64,000 bases of DNA, from the NCBI GenBank assembly GCA_963707215.1, contig CAVPPB010000001.1, positions 608,001 through 672,000 of the forward strand, written 5' to 3'. The DNA is from an uncultured Chloroflexia bacterium. GTDB lineage: Bacteria; Chloroflexota; Limnocylindria; Limnocylindrales; CSP1-4. Below, in pieces: positions 1-9,224 of this stretch. Positions within the stretch are counted from its first letter, which is position 1; each line of letters starts with the position of its first letter. The notes under the pieces were generated by a model, which saw nothing but the letters and a program-made list of their open reading frames with translations, did not search any database and was not told where the DNA came from. The translations under genes were made by a program, and so were the position numbers.

Positions 1-1224
1 GGCCGGATCCACGAGCAACAGCTCGCCAGGACCGAGCCGCCCGCGCCGGACCGTCTCCGCTGCTCGCAGGGGCACGGCGCCCGCCTCGGATGCAGCCGCG
101 ACGAGCCCGTCACGGGTGACCGCGTAGGCGAGCGACCGGAGACCATTCCGGTCCAGCAATGCCCCGACCCGGCGGCCGTCGGTCAGGATGATCGCCGCGG
201 GTCCGTCCCAGGGGGCCAGGAAGCCCGCGACCCGTCGAGCGTGGGCGACCGAGAGCGGATTCCCTTCGGCCCGGAGTCCTGGCGCCTCGGGCACCAGCGA
301 AAGAAGCGCAACGAAGGGATCCCAGCCGGTCAGTACGAGGACCTCGAGCATCTCATCGAGCGAACGGGAGTCGGAGCCCCCGGCCGAGAGCAGCGGCCCT
401 GCGTCCAGGATCCTTCGCCCGGCCGACGGGCGGACCGGGTCCCCGGCCCGCCCGGAGACCTGGGAGCGGTTGCCGCGGACGGTGTCGATCTCGCCGTTGT
501 GGGAGATCCAGCGGAACGGCTGGGCGAGGTCCCAGGTGGGATGCGTATTCGTCGCGTAGCGCTGGTGGAAGACCGCGTGCGTGAGCGGGATCGATGCCTG
601 CAGGTCGGGGTAGAGGTCGGCCAGCCGAGACCCCGCGACGAGGCCCTTGTAGACCACGACCCGCGAGGACGCTGAGGCGATCGCCGCGCCGTCGGGGCCG
701 GCGGCCCGCACCTTGGACTCGAACCGCCGGCGCGCGATCGCCAGGGCGAGCTCGAAGCGATCGGACGTCCATCCGCGGGGTCGCTCGATGACGACCTGCT
801 CGACGAGCGGTCGACTGGCGGCGGCCGAGGCGCCGAGGGCGCCCGGATCGACCGGGACCGACCGACGCCCAGCGACGACGAGGCGCTCCTCTGCCAGCGA
901 CTCGTCGATGGCGACGCGGGCGCGCCCGAGGCCAGGCCGGTCGCCAGGGAGGAACGCCATGACGACGCCGGGCCTGCCGCCCATGCCCGGCGCGATCAGA
1001 TCCGCGAGCGCCGGCTCGAGCGGCAGCGCGACCCCGGCCCCGTCGCTCGATTCGCCGTCAGCGGCGAAGGCCCCACGGTGGCCGAGCGCGGACAGACCAT
1101 CGAGCGCCAGGCGAAGCACCCGATCCCGCCCCCGTCCCCCGCTGTCCGCGACGAACCCGACGCCGCAGGCATCGTGCTCGAAACCAGGATCGTAGAGCGG
1201 GGGCGGCTCGATGGCTTCGGGCAT
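1..1224 (-). CDS. gltB: glutamate synthase large subunit, N-terminal amidotransferase region (runs off window)
   Basis: Not in the ORF track; read manually. Reverse strand from ATG at 1224 gives MPEAIEPPPLYDPGFEHDACGVGFVA and later FHQRYATNTHPTWDLAQPFRWISHNGEIDT, both GltB hallmarks. GGAGG SD upstream. Confidence 0.95.
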   Translation of the reverse strand, partial: MPEAIEPPPLYDPGFEHDACGVGFVADSGGRGRDRVLRLALDGLSALGHRGAFAADGESSDGAGVALPLEPALADLIAPGMGGRPGVVMAFLPGDRPGLGRARVAIDESLAEERLVVAGRRSVPVDPGALGASAAASRPLVEQVVIERPRGWTSDRFELALAIARRRFESKVRAAGPDGAAIASASSRVVVYKGLVAGSRLADLYPDLQASIPLTHAVFHQRYATNTHPTWDLAQPFRWISHNGEIDTVRGNRSQVSGRAGDPVRPSAGRRILDAGPLLSAGGSDSRSLDEMLEVLVLTGWDPFVALLSLVPEAPGLRAEGNPLSVAHARRVAGFLAPWDGPAAIILTDGRRVGALLDRNGLRSLAYAVTRDGLVAAASEAGAVPLRAAETVRRGRLGPGELLLVDPA

Positions 1225-1435
1225 CTCTTCCTCCGCTGGGCCGGGACTGGCCCGGGTCCCGGGTCCACCGCGGCCGGCATGGCGCGGCGGTCCACCGGAC
1301 CGAGGCTAGGTCGACCTCGACGGTCCGTCGACGCAGGTCACGGGCCGGCTGGGTCGCGACCCGGGTGCGACACTCTGCCCGGCCGTCACCGGCTCGCAAC
1401 CGGACGACCGAGCGGCGGGCCGCTACAGTCGTCCC

Positions 1436-2257
1436 ATGGATCCCGCACAGGGGCGACTCGCCGGGAAGGCCTGTCTGGTGACCGGCGCGACCGGGATGGC
1501 CGGCGCTGCGGCGCGTCGCTTCGCGGCCGAGGGAGCCTCGGTCTTCGTGCTCTCGCTGCTCGCCGAGGACTGCCGGTCGCTCGCCGAGGCCATCTCGAAC
1601 GATGGCGGTCGGGCAGCCTGGCGCGTCGCCGACCTGACCGACGAGGACCAGGCCGTGGCCGGGGTCGCGGCTGCCGTGGAGGCCTTCGGTCGGATCGACG
1701 GGCTCTTCGCCGTTGCGGGCGGCAGCGGCCGGCGGTTCGGCGACGGGCCGGCGCACGGGGTATCCCTGGAGGCCTGGCACCGGACGATGGACCTGAATGC
1801 GACGCCGGCGTTCCTGGCCGCTCGCGAGGTCGTCCGGGTCATGATCGACCAGGAGCCGGGTGCGGCCGGCAGCCGCGGAGCGCTCGTGCTCATGGGCAGC
1901 GTGGCGGCCTTCCATCCGTCCCCCACCCGCTTCGAGACCGCCGCCTATGCCGCCAGCAAGGGGGCGATCGACAGCCTGGGTCGCGCGATGGCGGCCTACT
2001 ACGCGCCGCTTGGGATCCGGGTCAACGTGCTGGCGCCGGCGACCGTCGACACACCGATGGCCAGGCGGGCGGCCGACGACCCGGCGACCGCCGATTACGT
2101 GCGCTGGAAGCAGCCGCTGGCGGGCGGGTTCATGCCCCCCGAGGACGTCGCGTCCGCGGCGCTCTATCTGCTCTCGGACGAGTCGCGCTTCGTGACCGGC
2201 CAGACGCTGATCGTCGATGCCGGCTGGTCGGTGACGGGCGACGGGCCGCCCGGGTGA
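1436..2257 (+). CDS. SDR family NAD(P)-dependent oxidoreductase
   Basis: LAGKACLVTGATG Rossmann motif, FGRIDGL, catalytic YAASK, GIRVNVLAP, FVTGQTLIVDAG. Confidence 0.93.
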   Translation: MDPAQGRLAGKACLVTGATGMAGAAARRFAAEGASVFVLSLLAEDCRSLAEAISNDGGRAAWRVADLTDEDQAVAGVAAAVEAFGRIDGLFAVAGGSGRRFGDGPAHGVSLEAWHRTMDLNATPAFLAAREVVRVMIDQEPGAAGSRGALVLMGSVAAFHPSPTRFETAAYAASKGAIDSLGRAMAAYYAPLGIRVNVLAPATVDTPMARRAADDPATADYVRWKQPLAGGFMPPEDVASAALYLLSDESRFVTGQTLIVDAGWSVTGDGPPG

Positions 2258-3582
2258 GCGGCTCGACCGGCATCCCGGTCATCGCCGAGGCGGACGTCGT
2301 CGTCGTCGGCTCGGGATCGGCCGGGTCGAGCGCCGCGATCGCCGCCGGGCGGGCCGGGGCCTCCGTCATCCTCGTCGAGAAGCTGCCCTTCCTGGGTGGG
2401 ACCTCGACCGCCGTCCTCGATACCTTCTACGGCTTCTACACGCCCGGCTCGGCTGCCCGGAAGGTCGTCGGCGGGATCGCCGACGATGTCGTCGCCGGCT
2501 TGCAGCTGCTGGGGCCGGTCGTCGAGCGGCCCAACTCGTACGGGGCCGGCACTGGCGTGACCTACCTTGCCGAGCACCTGAAGGTGGTCTGGGAGCGACT
2601 TGCCCTGGCCGCCGGGGTCCGGATCCTGCTTCACGCCTTCGTCCAGGACGTCGACGTCCGCCATGGACGGGTCGAGGCGGTCGTCGTGGCGACGAAGGCG
2701 GGTCTGCGGCGGGTCCGCGGCCGCGTCTTCGTCGACGCCTCGGGCGATGCCGACCTCTGCCACTTCGCCGGCTTCGGTTACGAGGTGGCCGGCGAGCTCG
2801 ATCCGGCGCAGACGGCGACGACGACCTTCCGGATGGTGAACGTCGACCAGGAACGCCGGCGAGCGCTCCCCAAGTCGCGTCTGGACGAGCTGATGGCAGC
2901 GGCCGCCTCGGACGGTGGCTACGACCTGCCCCGCCGCGAGGGAAGCGACCATGTGACCCCGATCGATGGGATGACAGCAACGGTCATGACCCGCCTTGAC
3001 TCGGTCCGGCAGGAGGACGACGGACGCCTCGTCAACGTCACCGACCCATGGTTCCTGACCGAAGCCGAGATGGCCGGCCGCCGCCAGGCGTTGGAGTACG
3101 CGCGCTTCCTCGTCGACCGGGTGCCCGGCTACGAACGGGCGTCCCTCGTTGCGCTCGGCACCCAGGTCGGCGTCCGGGAGACCCGCCGCGTCCACGGCGA
3201 CCACCGCCTGACGCGTGACGAGGTCCTCGGCGCCGCCCAGTTCGACGACCAGGTCGGGCTCTGCGGTGCGCCGATCGAGGATCATCACGGCGGGGCGGAC
3301 ACCCGCTGGCAGTACCTCCCCGACGGTGCCGTCGTCGGGATCCCCTACCGCGCGCTGGTGGTGCGCGACGCGGCCAACGTCCTGGTCGCCGGGCGATGCT
3401 TCAGCGCTACCCACGATGCCCACGCCTCGGTGCGCTCGATGGCCCAGTGCATGGCCATGGGCCAGGCGGCCGGGACGGCTGCTGCCCTCTCGAGCGAGGC
3501 GTCCGTCGATCCACGTGACCTGCCGATCCACCTGCTGACGTCGCGGCTGCGGGACGACGGCGCGATCCTCGACGCCCCCTGA
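2254..3582 (+). CDS. FAD-dependent oxidoreductase (PF12831-like)
   Basis: GTG overlaps the SDR stop (GTGA 2254-2257). DVVVVGSGSAG FAD motif, FVDASGDAD, GVRETRR, IPYRALV, VAGRCFS, MAMGQAAGTAA. Confidence 0.9.
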   Translation: MSGSTGIPVIAEADVVVVGSGSAGSSAAIAAGRAGASVILVEKLPFLGGTSTAVLDTFYGFYTPGSAARKVVGGIADDVVAGLQLLGPVVERPNSYGAGTGVTYLAEHLKVVWERLALAAGVRILLHAFVQDVDVRHGRVEAVVVATKAGLRRVRGRVFVDASGDADLCHFAGFGYEVAGELDPAQTATTTFRMVNVDQERRRALPKSRLDELMAAAASDGGYDLPRREGSDHVTPIDGMTATVMTRLDSVRQEDDGRLVNVTDPWFLTEAEMAGRRQALEYARFLVDRVPGYERASLVALGTQVGVRETRRVHGDHRLTRDEVLGAAQFDDQVGLCGAPIEDHHGGADTRWQYLPDGAVVGIPYRALVVRDAANVLVAGRCFSATHDAHASVRSMAQCMAMGQAAGTAAALSSEASVDPRDLPIHLLTSRLRDDGAILDAP

Positions 3583-3622
3583 CACCCTCCGAAAAGGATG
3601 ATGCCGCGCCCGCGGGCTTCGC

Positions 3623-3628
3623 TATGAT
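3623..3628 (+). promoter_or_regulatory. putative -10 element (TATGAT) upstream of the SHOCT gene
   Basis: Near-consensus hexamer in a GC-rich intergenic gap. Confidence 0.5.
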
Positions 3629-3745
3629 GCAGTCGCGCCGTCAGCGACCCGCCAGGGTGCGCTGCAAGCGGCCGGCGTGGATCGACGGCAGGCGATGCGT
3701 CACGAAGCCCGCGGATCCCGTCCAGACGAAGGAGGCATCTCGCCC

Positions 3746-4216
3746 GTGAGCACCCTTTCCGCGATCCGCCAGACCCTGCGCGGCGGCCCGATGGTCGCGC
3801 TCCTCGCAGCCGCCACGGTCTTCCTGGCGGCCTGCAATCAGCTGGACGACGAGGCCTTCGGTTTCTGGGACCTTCTGTGGGGCATGGTCGTCTTCTTCTT
3901 CTGGTTCATGCTGATCTGGATCTTCATCTCGATCTTCGCCGACATCTTCCGGCGCAACGATCTGTCCGGTGGATGGAAGGCGATCTGGATCCTTGCGCTG
4001 GTCCTTCTGCCCTTCCTCGGAGCGCTGATCTACATCATCGCCCGGCCCAAGGCGACTGCCCAGGACATCCAACTGATGGCCCAGGCCGAGGCGGCTCAGC
4101 AGGCCGCGGCCGGTGTCTCGACGGCTGACGAGCTGGCCAAGCTGAACCAGCTGAAGCAGTCCGGCGCCATCAATGACCAGGAGTACGAGCAGCTCAAGCA
4201 GAAGCTCATGAGCTAG
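3746..4216 (+). CDS. PLDc_N-terminal/SHOCT domain membrane protein, possible lipobox
   Basis: GAAGGAGG SD before GTG 3746; FLAAC lipobox-like; DIFRRNDLSGGWKAIW...PFLGALIY (PLDc_N); C-terminal DELAKLNQLKQSGAINDQEYEQLKQKL (SHOCT). Confidence 0.85.
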   Translation: MSTLSAIRQTLRGGPMVALLAAATVFLAACNQLDDEAFGFWDLLWGMVVFFFWFMLIWIFISIFADIFRRNDLSGGWKAIWILALVLLPFLGALIYIIARPKATAQDIQLMAQAEAAQQAAAGVSTADELAKLNQLKQSGAINDQEYEQLKQKLMS

Positions 4217-4236
4217 GTCCGGCTGGACCGATGGCG

Positions 4237-4265
4237 AGGCCCCGAGGGAGCTTCTCTCGGGGCCT
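4237..4265 (+). terminator. stem-loop after the SHOCT gene, possible intrinsic terminator
   Basis: aggccccgaggga-gct-tctctcggggcct forms a 13-bp stem; weak U tail. Confidence 0.45.
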
Positions 4266-4320
4266 TCGCGTTCCCCGGCCGCCGGTCGGATCGGCGACGA
4301 CCGGAGGACCCGGCCCCGGG

Positions 4321-4348
4321 GGAGAGGAGGAGGAGGAGGAGGGAGGAG
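4321..4348 (+). repeat. (GGA)n polypurine tract over the RBS of the K+ channel gene
   Basis: ggagaggaggaggaggaggagggaggag, with five perfect tandem GGA at 4326-4340. Confidence 0.8.
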
Positions 4349-4352
4349 CGCC

Positions 4353-5234
4353 ATGACGGCTCCTGTGATCACGCCGACGGACACGGACCGCAGCCAGACC
4401 GCCAGCGAGAGCGCCTACGAGATGTTCGTGGGCGTCCTCACCATCATCTCGCTCGGCGTGATGGCCTGGATGGTCATCGTCCGCAACGAGGAAGTCTTGG
4501 CGATCCTGGTCGCGGTCGACACGCTCTTCTGCTTCGTCTTCCTGGCCGACTTCGCCCGGTCCATGGTCCGGGCGCGCGACAAGCGGGCCTACCTCTTCCC
4601 CCAGGGCATCCTGGACCTGCTCGGCAGCATCCCGGCCGTCGGGGACACGACGGTCGGCATCTTCCGCCTCTTCCGGTTCGCCCGCCTGGCCCGGGTGAGC
4701 CGACTCCTCCGGGGCAAGGGAGCCGCCGCCCTGGCCCGTGACTTCTTCGCCGACCGCCAGGAGACCGCGCTCTACCTGATCACGATCCTGGTGATCCTGG
4801 TCCTGCTCTTCGGCAGCATCTTCGTCGTCTACGCGGAGAACGGGGCGGCGGACGCGAACATCGAGACGGCGTCGGACGCGGTCTGGTGGGCCTTCGTGAC
4901 GATCACGACCGTCGGCTACGGCGACCGCTACCCGGTCACCGAGGTGGGCCGTTTCGTCGCGATGCTCACGATGGCGGTCGGGATCGGCATCTTCGGCGTC
5001 GTCAGCAGCTTCCTGGCGACCTACTTCCTGTCCGGCAAGGCGAAGGACGATGAGGCGAAGGCCGCCCCGCCCGCAGCGACGGCGGTCGGCATCGCCAACG
5101 AGGTCGCCGCCCTGCGGGCCGAGATCGCCGCCCTCCAGGGGCTGGTGACGACCCTCGGGGCCAGCGCCGCCGGCGCGCCACCTCCAGCCTCCCCGGAGAC
5201 CACCAGCGAGCCGGCCGAGGGACCGCCGGCGTGA
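4353..5234 (+). CDS. voltage-gated-type potassium channel (6TM)
   Basis: TITTVGYGD selectivity filter, S4-like FRLFRFARLARVSRLLR, C-terminal coiled coil. Confidence 0.92.
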   Translation: MTAPVITPTDTDRSQTASESAYEMFVGVLTIISLGVMAWMVIVRNEEVLAILVAVDTLFCFVFLADFARSMVRARDKRAYLFPQGILDLLGSIPAVGDTTVGIFRLFRFARLARVSRLLRGKGAAALARDFFADRQETALYLITILVILVLLFGSIFVVYAENGAADANIETASDAVWWAFVTITTVGYGDRYPVTEVGRFVAMLTMAVGIGIFGVVSSFLATYFLSGKAKDDEAKAAPPAATAVGIANEVAALRAEIAALQGLVTTLGASAAGAPPPASPETTSEPAEGPPA

Positions 5235-6190
5235 GGACGGTCCGGACCGTCCTCGGCGACATCGAGCCGGCCGATCTCGGGATCACCTACGCCCACGAGC
5301 ACGTGGTGATCGACGGGGGCCCCCTGGTCGAGGGCGACCCCGACTTCCGCCTCGACTCCGTCGACGACGCAGTCGCGGAGCTGGCGCCGGCACGGGCGCT
5401 GGGGCTCGGGGCCATCGTCGACGCGATGCCCGGTGACCTCGGCCGCAACGCCCGGAAGTTGGCCGAGATCGGTCGGCGCAGCGGGGTCCACGTCGTGGCC
5501 TCGACCGGCGCCCACATCGCGGACTTCTACGAGGCCGACCATTGGAGCCTCACCGCGGGCGAGGACGACCTGGCCGCCCGCTTCGTGAGCGAGATCGCGG
5601 CGGGCATCGACGATGGCGACCCGGACGACCGCCTCGCCGGGCACCGGGCCGGGGTCATCAAGGTCGGCGGCTCGCGCGACATGTCGTCGGACCGGGACCG
5701 GCGGGTCTTCCGGGCTGCCGCCGCGGCCCAGCGAGCGACGGGTTGCCCGATCCTCACCCACTGCACCGACGGGCGCGGCGGCCTCGAGCAGCTGGAGCTC
5801 CTGATGGCCTCGGGCGCCGACCCGGGCCACGTCGTCCTGTCGCACGCCGACAAGGTCGTCGACCGCGGCTACCACCGAGAGCTGCTGGCCAGCGGTGCCT
5901 CGGTCGAGTACGACCAGGCCTTCCGCTGGCAGGCCGACCAGGAGAATGGGACCCTGACCCTGGTCGCCTGGATGCTCGAGGATGGTTTCGGCGATCGGCT
6001 GATGCTGGGCCTCGATGCGGCCCGTCGCAGCTACTGGACGGTCCACGGCGGCAGCCCCGGCTGGACCTATCTCCTGGGACCCTTCAGCACGACGCTGGCC
6101 GAGCGCGGGATCGACGAGGGTGCTCGCCGGCGCATCCTCGTCGACACGCCGGCCCGGGTCTACGCCTTCTCGGCGACCGCAGCCGGATGA
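5231..6190 (+). CDS. phosphotriesterase-family (PTE/PHP) metallohydrolase
   Basis: RTVLGDI, ITYAHEH, GVIK (carbamylated Lys position), ILTHC, LSHAD, LGLD metal ligands. Confidence 0.9.
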   Translation: MRTVRTVLGDIEPADLGITYAHEHVVIDGGPLVEGDPDFRLDSVDDAVAELAPARALGLGAIVDAMPGDLGRNARKLAEIGRRSGVHVVASTGAHIADFYEADHWSLTAGEDDLAARFVSEIAAGIDDGDPDDRLAGHRAGVIKVGGSRDMSSDRDRRVFRAAAAAQRATGCPILTHCTDGRGGLEQLELLMASGADPGHVVLSHADKVVDRGYHRELLASGASVEYDQAFRWQADQENGTLTLVAWMLEDGFGDRLMLGLDAARRSYWTVHGGSPGWTYLLGPFSTTLAERGIDEGARRRILVDTPARVYAFSATAAG

Positions 6191-6209
6191 GCTGATGGAG
6201 GGCGACCCG

Positions 6210-7250
6210 ATGACCGACCCCCTCGGCGGCGGACTGACGACCAGCGTCGTCGGTTCGTACGCCCACCCATCGTGGCTGGTGGCGGCCATGGAGGCAGCCG
6301 GGCGCGGCGAGCTGGGGCCTGCCGACATCGAGGAGACCCTCGACGACGCCGTGGGCACGGCGATCCGCGACCAGGAAGAGGCCGGGATCGACGTCGTCTC
6401 GGACGGAGAGATGCGCCGGGCCGGCTTCTTCACGGCCGAGTTCTATCGCCACCTCCGCGGCCTGCGGGCGCTGGCGCCGGAGCGCAGGCTGGGTCCCGGC
6501 GGCCATGACCAGCAGCATCGCTTCGAGGCCCTCGAGCCGATCGCAGCCCCGGATGGCCTGGGTGTCGTCGCCGAGTTCCAAGCGGCCCGGCAGCGGACCC
6601 GACGGCCACTCAAGGTGACGCTCCCGGGGCCGTTCACCCTGTCGGGGCGACTCCGGACCGGCCCGGGTGAGGTCTACCCGGATCGCCTTGCGGCCGCCGA
6701 GGCCTTCGTGCCGATCCTCGATGCCGAGGTCCGGGCGCTCGTGGCGAGCGGCGCCACCTTCATCCAGGTGGACGAGCCGTCACCGGCCATCCACCCGGAC
6801 GCACCGGCCGACTTCGTGGCGCTCATGGCCGCCTCCGTCGCAGCGGCGAGCTCGGCACCCGGCGTCCGCCTGGGAGCCCACCTCTGCTTCGGCAACTTCC
6901 TCGGCCGACCGCTCGCCAGGCGGACCTACCGCCCGATCCTCGACCGCCTGCTGCGCTTCCCGGTCGACGAGCTCGCGCTGGAGTTCGCCAACCGAGAGAT
7001 GACCGAGCTCGACGTCCTCGAGGCCGCGGCGGAGCGGTTCGACCTGGCCATCGGCGTCGTCGACGTGAAGAGCTACTACCTCGAGACACCCGAGGACGTC
7101 GCCGAGCGGATCGAGCTCCTCCTCCGGCACGTGCCCGCGGAACGCCTCTCGCTCGTCCCCGACTGCGGCTTCAGCCAGACCGCCCGGTGGGCGGCGCGGG
7201 CCAAGCTCCGGGCTCTCGTGGCGGGCCGGGACCTCGTCCGCGGTAGCTGA
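6210..7250 (+). CDS. cobalamin-independent methionine synthase II family (core, single-barrel MetE-like)
   Basis: TSVVGSY, DGEMRR, KVTLPGPFT, IQVDEP; Zn ligands HLC, LEF, PDCGF. Lacks the N-terminal folate-binding barrel of full MetE. Confidence 0.88.
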   Translation: MTDPLGGGLTTSVVGSYAHPSWLVAAMEAAGRGELGPADIEETLDDAVGTAIRDQEEAGIDVVSDGEMRRAGFFTAEFYRHLRGLRALAPERRLGPGGHDQQHRFEALEPIAAPDGLGVVAEFQAARQRTRRPLKVTLPGPFTLSGRLRTGPGEVYPDRLAAAEAFVPILDAEVRALVASGATFIQVDEPSPAIHPDAPADFVALMAASVAAASSAPGVRLGAHLCFGNFLGRPLARRTYRPILDRLLRFPVDELALEFANREMTELDVLEAAAERFDLAIGVVDVKSYYLETPEDVAERIELLLRHVPAERLSLVPDCGFSQTARWAARAKLRALVAGRDLVRGS

Positions 7251-7278
7251 CGCGGATCGCCCTCCCGGGCCGACCCGG

Positions 7279-8280
7279 TCAGACGTCGACGGGTCCGGTC
7301 GGACCGACGTAGCGCCAAGCGACCGTCCGGTCACGTCGACGGTTCGCGCTGACCCTGCCGGCCTCGGCAAGCTCCTCGAGGTGGCCGACCAGGGCGCCCG
7401 CCAGGAGCGGTCGGGCCGCCGGTGGCCACGCCCCGAGGTCGGGCGCGATCCGCTCGACGAGAGCCCGGGTCGTCATCGGCCGCCGGGCGGCCCTCAGGCG
7501 GGCGACGGCGGCCGCTTCGACAGCCTGGGCGAAGGTCCGGCTGAGCATCAGGAACGCCGACACCTCTCCGTGGCGGAGCACCGGCACATGGCCGGTCAGC
7601 AGCAGCTCGGGCCGCATCGCCTCGAGCTCCGCGATCGTGGCCTGGTAGGCGCTCACGTGCCGGTAGGTCGGCGGGACCAGGGGTCGCCCGTCGGTCGCCG
7701 GGATGCCGGCACCGAGGACCGCGTCGCCGACGATGGCCGCCCGGGCCCAGGGGACCCAGACCGACAGGCTGCCCCACGAGTGGCCGGGCGTGTGGACCAG
7801 CTCGACGAAACGGTCGCCTCCCAGCCGGAGCACCTCGCCGCCATCGACGATGAGATCCACCGGCACGGTCCGGGTGACCTCGATGCACCAGGCGATGCGG
7901 GCCTCGTCGGCATCGATCCCGTGATCCTCGGCGAGCTCCGCGTACCGCTCGTCGACGAGCCGACCGACGTCCTCGATCAGCTCGACGTCCTCGGCGTGGG
8001 CCACGGACCGGCCTCGCGGAGCGAGCTCGCGCAGCGCTGCGGCGCCTCCGATGTGCTCGACGTCGCCGTGGGTCAGCACGACCCAGTCGATCCGGCCGGG
8101 TTCGATGTCCACCGACGCGAGATAGGGCGCGATCGACGCCCGTGGGGTAGGGTCGATCCCAGTGTCGACCAGGAGGACCGCGTCATCGCCCACCACCAGG
8201 TGGCAGGCCACGATCCGCTCCCCGACCGGCGCCTCGATGCGGTGGACGCCGGGCGCGACCTCGAAGCCTCGACCCTCCAT
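7279..8280 (-). CDS. MBL-fold metallo-hydrolase with C-terminal winged helix
   Basis: LLVDTG, THGDVEHIGG, HTPGHS, GDA, TGH. ATG 8280 with an upstream GAGGAGG. Confidence 0.85.
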   Translation of the reverse strand: MEGRGFEVAPGVHRIEAPVGERIVACHLVVGDDAVLLVDTGIDPTPRASIAPYLASVDIEPGRIDWVVLTHGDVEHIGGAAALRELAPRGRSVAHAEDVELIEDVGRLVDERYAELAEDHGIDADEARIAWCIEVTRTVPVDLIVDGGEVLRLGGDRFVELVHTPGHSWGSLSVWVPWARAAIVGDAVLGAGIPATDGRPLVPPTYRHVSAYQATIAELEAMRPELLLTGHVPVLRHGEVSAFLMLSRTFAQAVEAAAVARLRAARRPMTTRALVERIAPDLGAWPPAARPLLAGALVGHLEELAEAGRVSANRRRDRTVAWRYVGPTGPVDV

Positions 8281-8348
8281 GATCCGGGCCTCCTCGCTCG
8301 CTGCGACCAGGGTCCCCTCGCGGGTCCCGACGGCCATACGATAGGCCG

Positions 8349-9044
8349 GTGAGCGAGCCCTGGGCGAGCGCCGAACCGGCGCCCGCAACGACGACGGACC
8401 CGGCCAGCCGGCCGGCCCTCCCGGCGGCCATCGCCGACGGCCGCCTGGTCGCCATCGCCCGGCGCCGCGACCCCGCGACCATGACCGACCTCGCCGCGGC
8501 GCTCCTGGCGGGTGGGGTCGCGGCCCTGGAAGTGACGGTCGAGTCCGCCGGCGCGCTCGAGGCGATCGCCGACCTCGTGGCCCGCTTCGATCCGGGCGAC
8601 CTGCTGATCGGTGCCGGCACGGTCATCGACGCCAGGGCGGCCGAGAGGGCCGTCGCGGCCGGAGCCCGGTTCATCGTGTCTCCCACGGTCGAGCCGGACG
8701 TCCTTGCCTGGTGCCTCGCCCACGGGGTGCCCTGCCTGCCAGGCGCCATGACCCCGACCGAGATCCTCGGCGCCTGGCGTGCCGGGGCGGCGGCGGTCAA
8801 GCTCTTCCCGGCATCGACGGCCGGTCCGGCGTTCGTCCGTGAGCTGCGCGGCCCCCTGCCCGGCATCCCGATCGTGCCGACCGGCGGGATCGACGTGGAC
8901 GCCGCCCGGGCCTTCCTCGAGGCCGGAGCGGTCGCCGTCGGGGTCGGCGGCTGGCTCACCGGCAGCGGCGACCCGGCGGCCGTGCGGACCAGGGCGGCCG
9001 AGCTGGTGGCGATGGTCGCCGGGCTCCGCTCGGCCCGGACCTGA
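8349..9044 (+). CDS. eda: KDPG/KHG aldolase
   Basis: ALEVT, IGAGTV, FIVSP, PGAMTPTE, VKLFPA, VPTGGI. Confidence 0.92.
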   Translation: MSEPWASAEPAPATTTDPASRPALPAAIADGRLVAIARRRDPATMTDLAAALLAGGVAALEVTVESAGALEAIADLVARFDPGDLLIGAGTVIDARAAERAVAAGARFIVSPTVEPDVLAWCLAHGVPCLPGAMTPTEILGAWRAGAAAVKLFPASTAGPAFVRELRGPLPGIPIVPTGGIDVDAARAFLEAGAVAVGVGGWLTGSGDPAAVRTRAAELVAMVAGLRSART

Positions 9045-9224
9045 CCTGGGGCTTGCGCCCGGTCGCTAGACTTCGGCCAGTAACGGACCGCCCATGTCCG
9101 CGCCGGGAGCCTGCAGCGCTATCGAACGAGCCCAGCCCGCGGCCAAATGCCGCCGCAGACTCGCGGATGGAACCGTCATGCCCGGCCGAGGGAGCCGGGC
9201 GACCACCCACGGAGGGACTGACTC

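Noticed and set aside
1225-1435. Riboswitch upstream of gltB (also the long leaders at 9045-9224 and 60238-60436)
   Set aside because: Only generic GC-rich hairpins; no recognisable aptamer consensus. An Rfam scan would be needed.
1078-2253. Apparent N-terminal extensions or fusions in the ORF track (834-aa FAD ORF; also 36914-41515, 17352-20276, 51732-53747)
   Set aside because: The extensions are Arg/Gly/Pro-rich off-frame reads over neighbouring genes. True starts are at stop/start overlaps or SD-backed codons.
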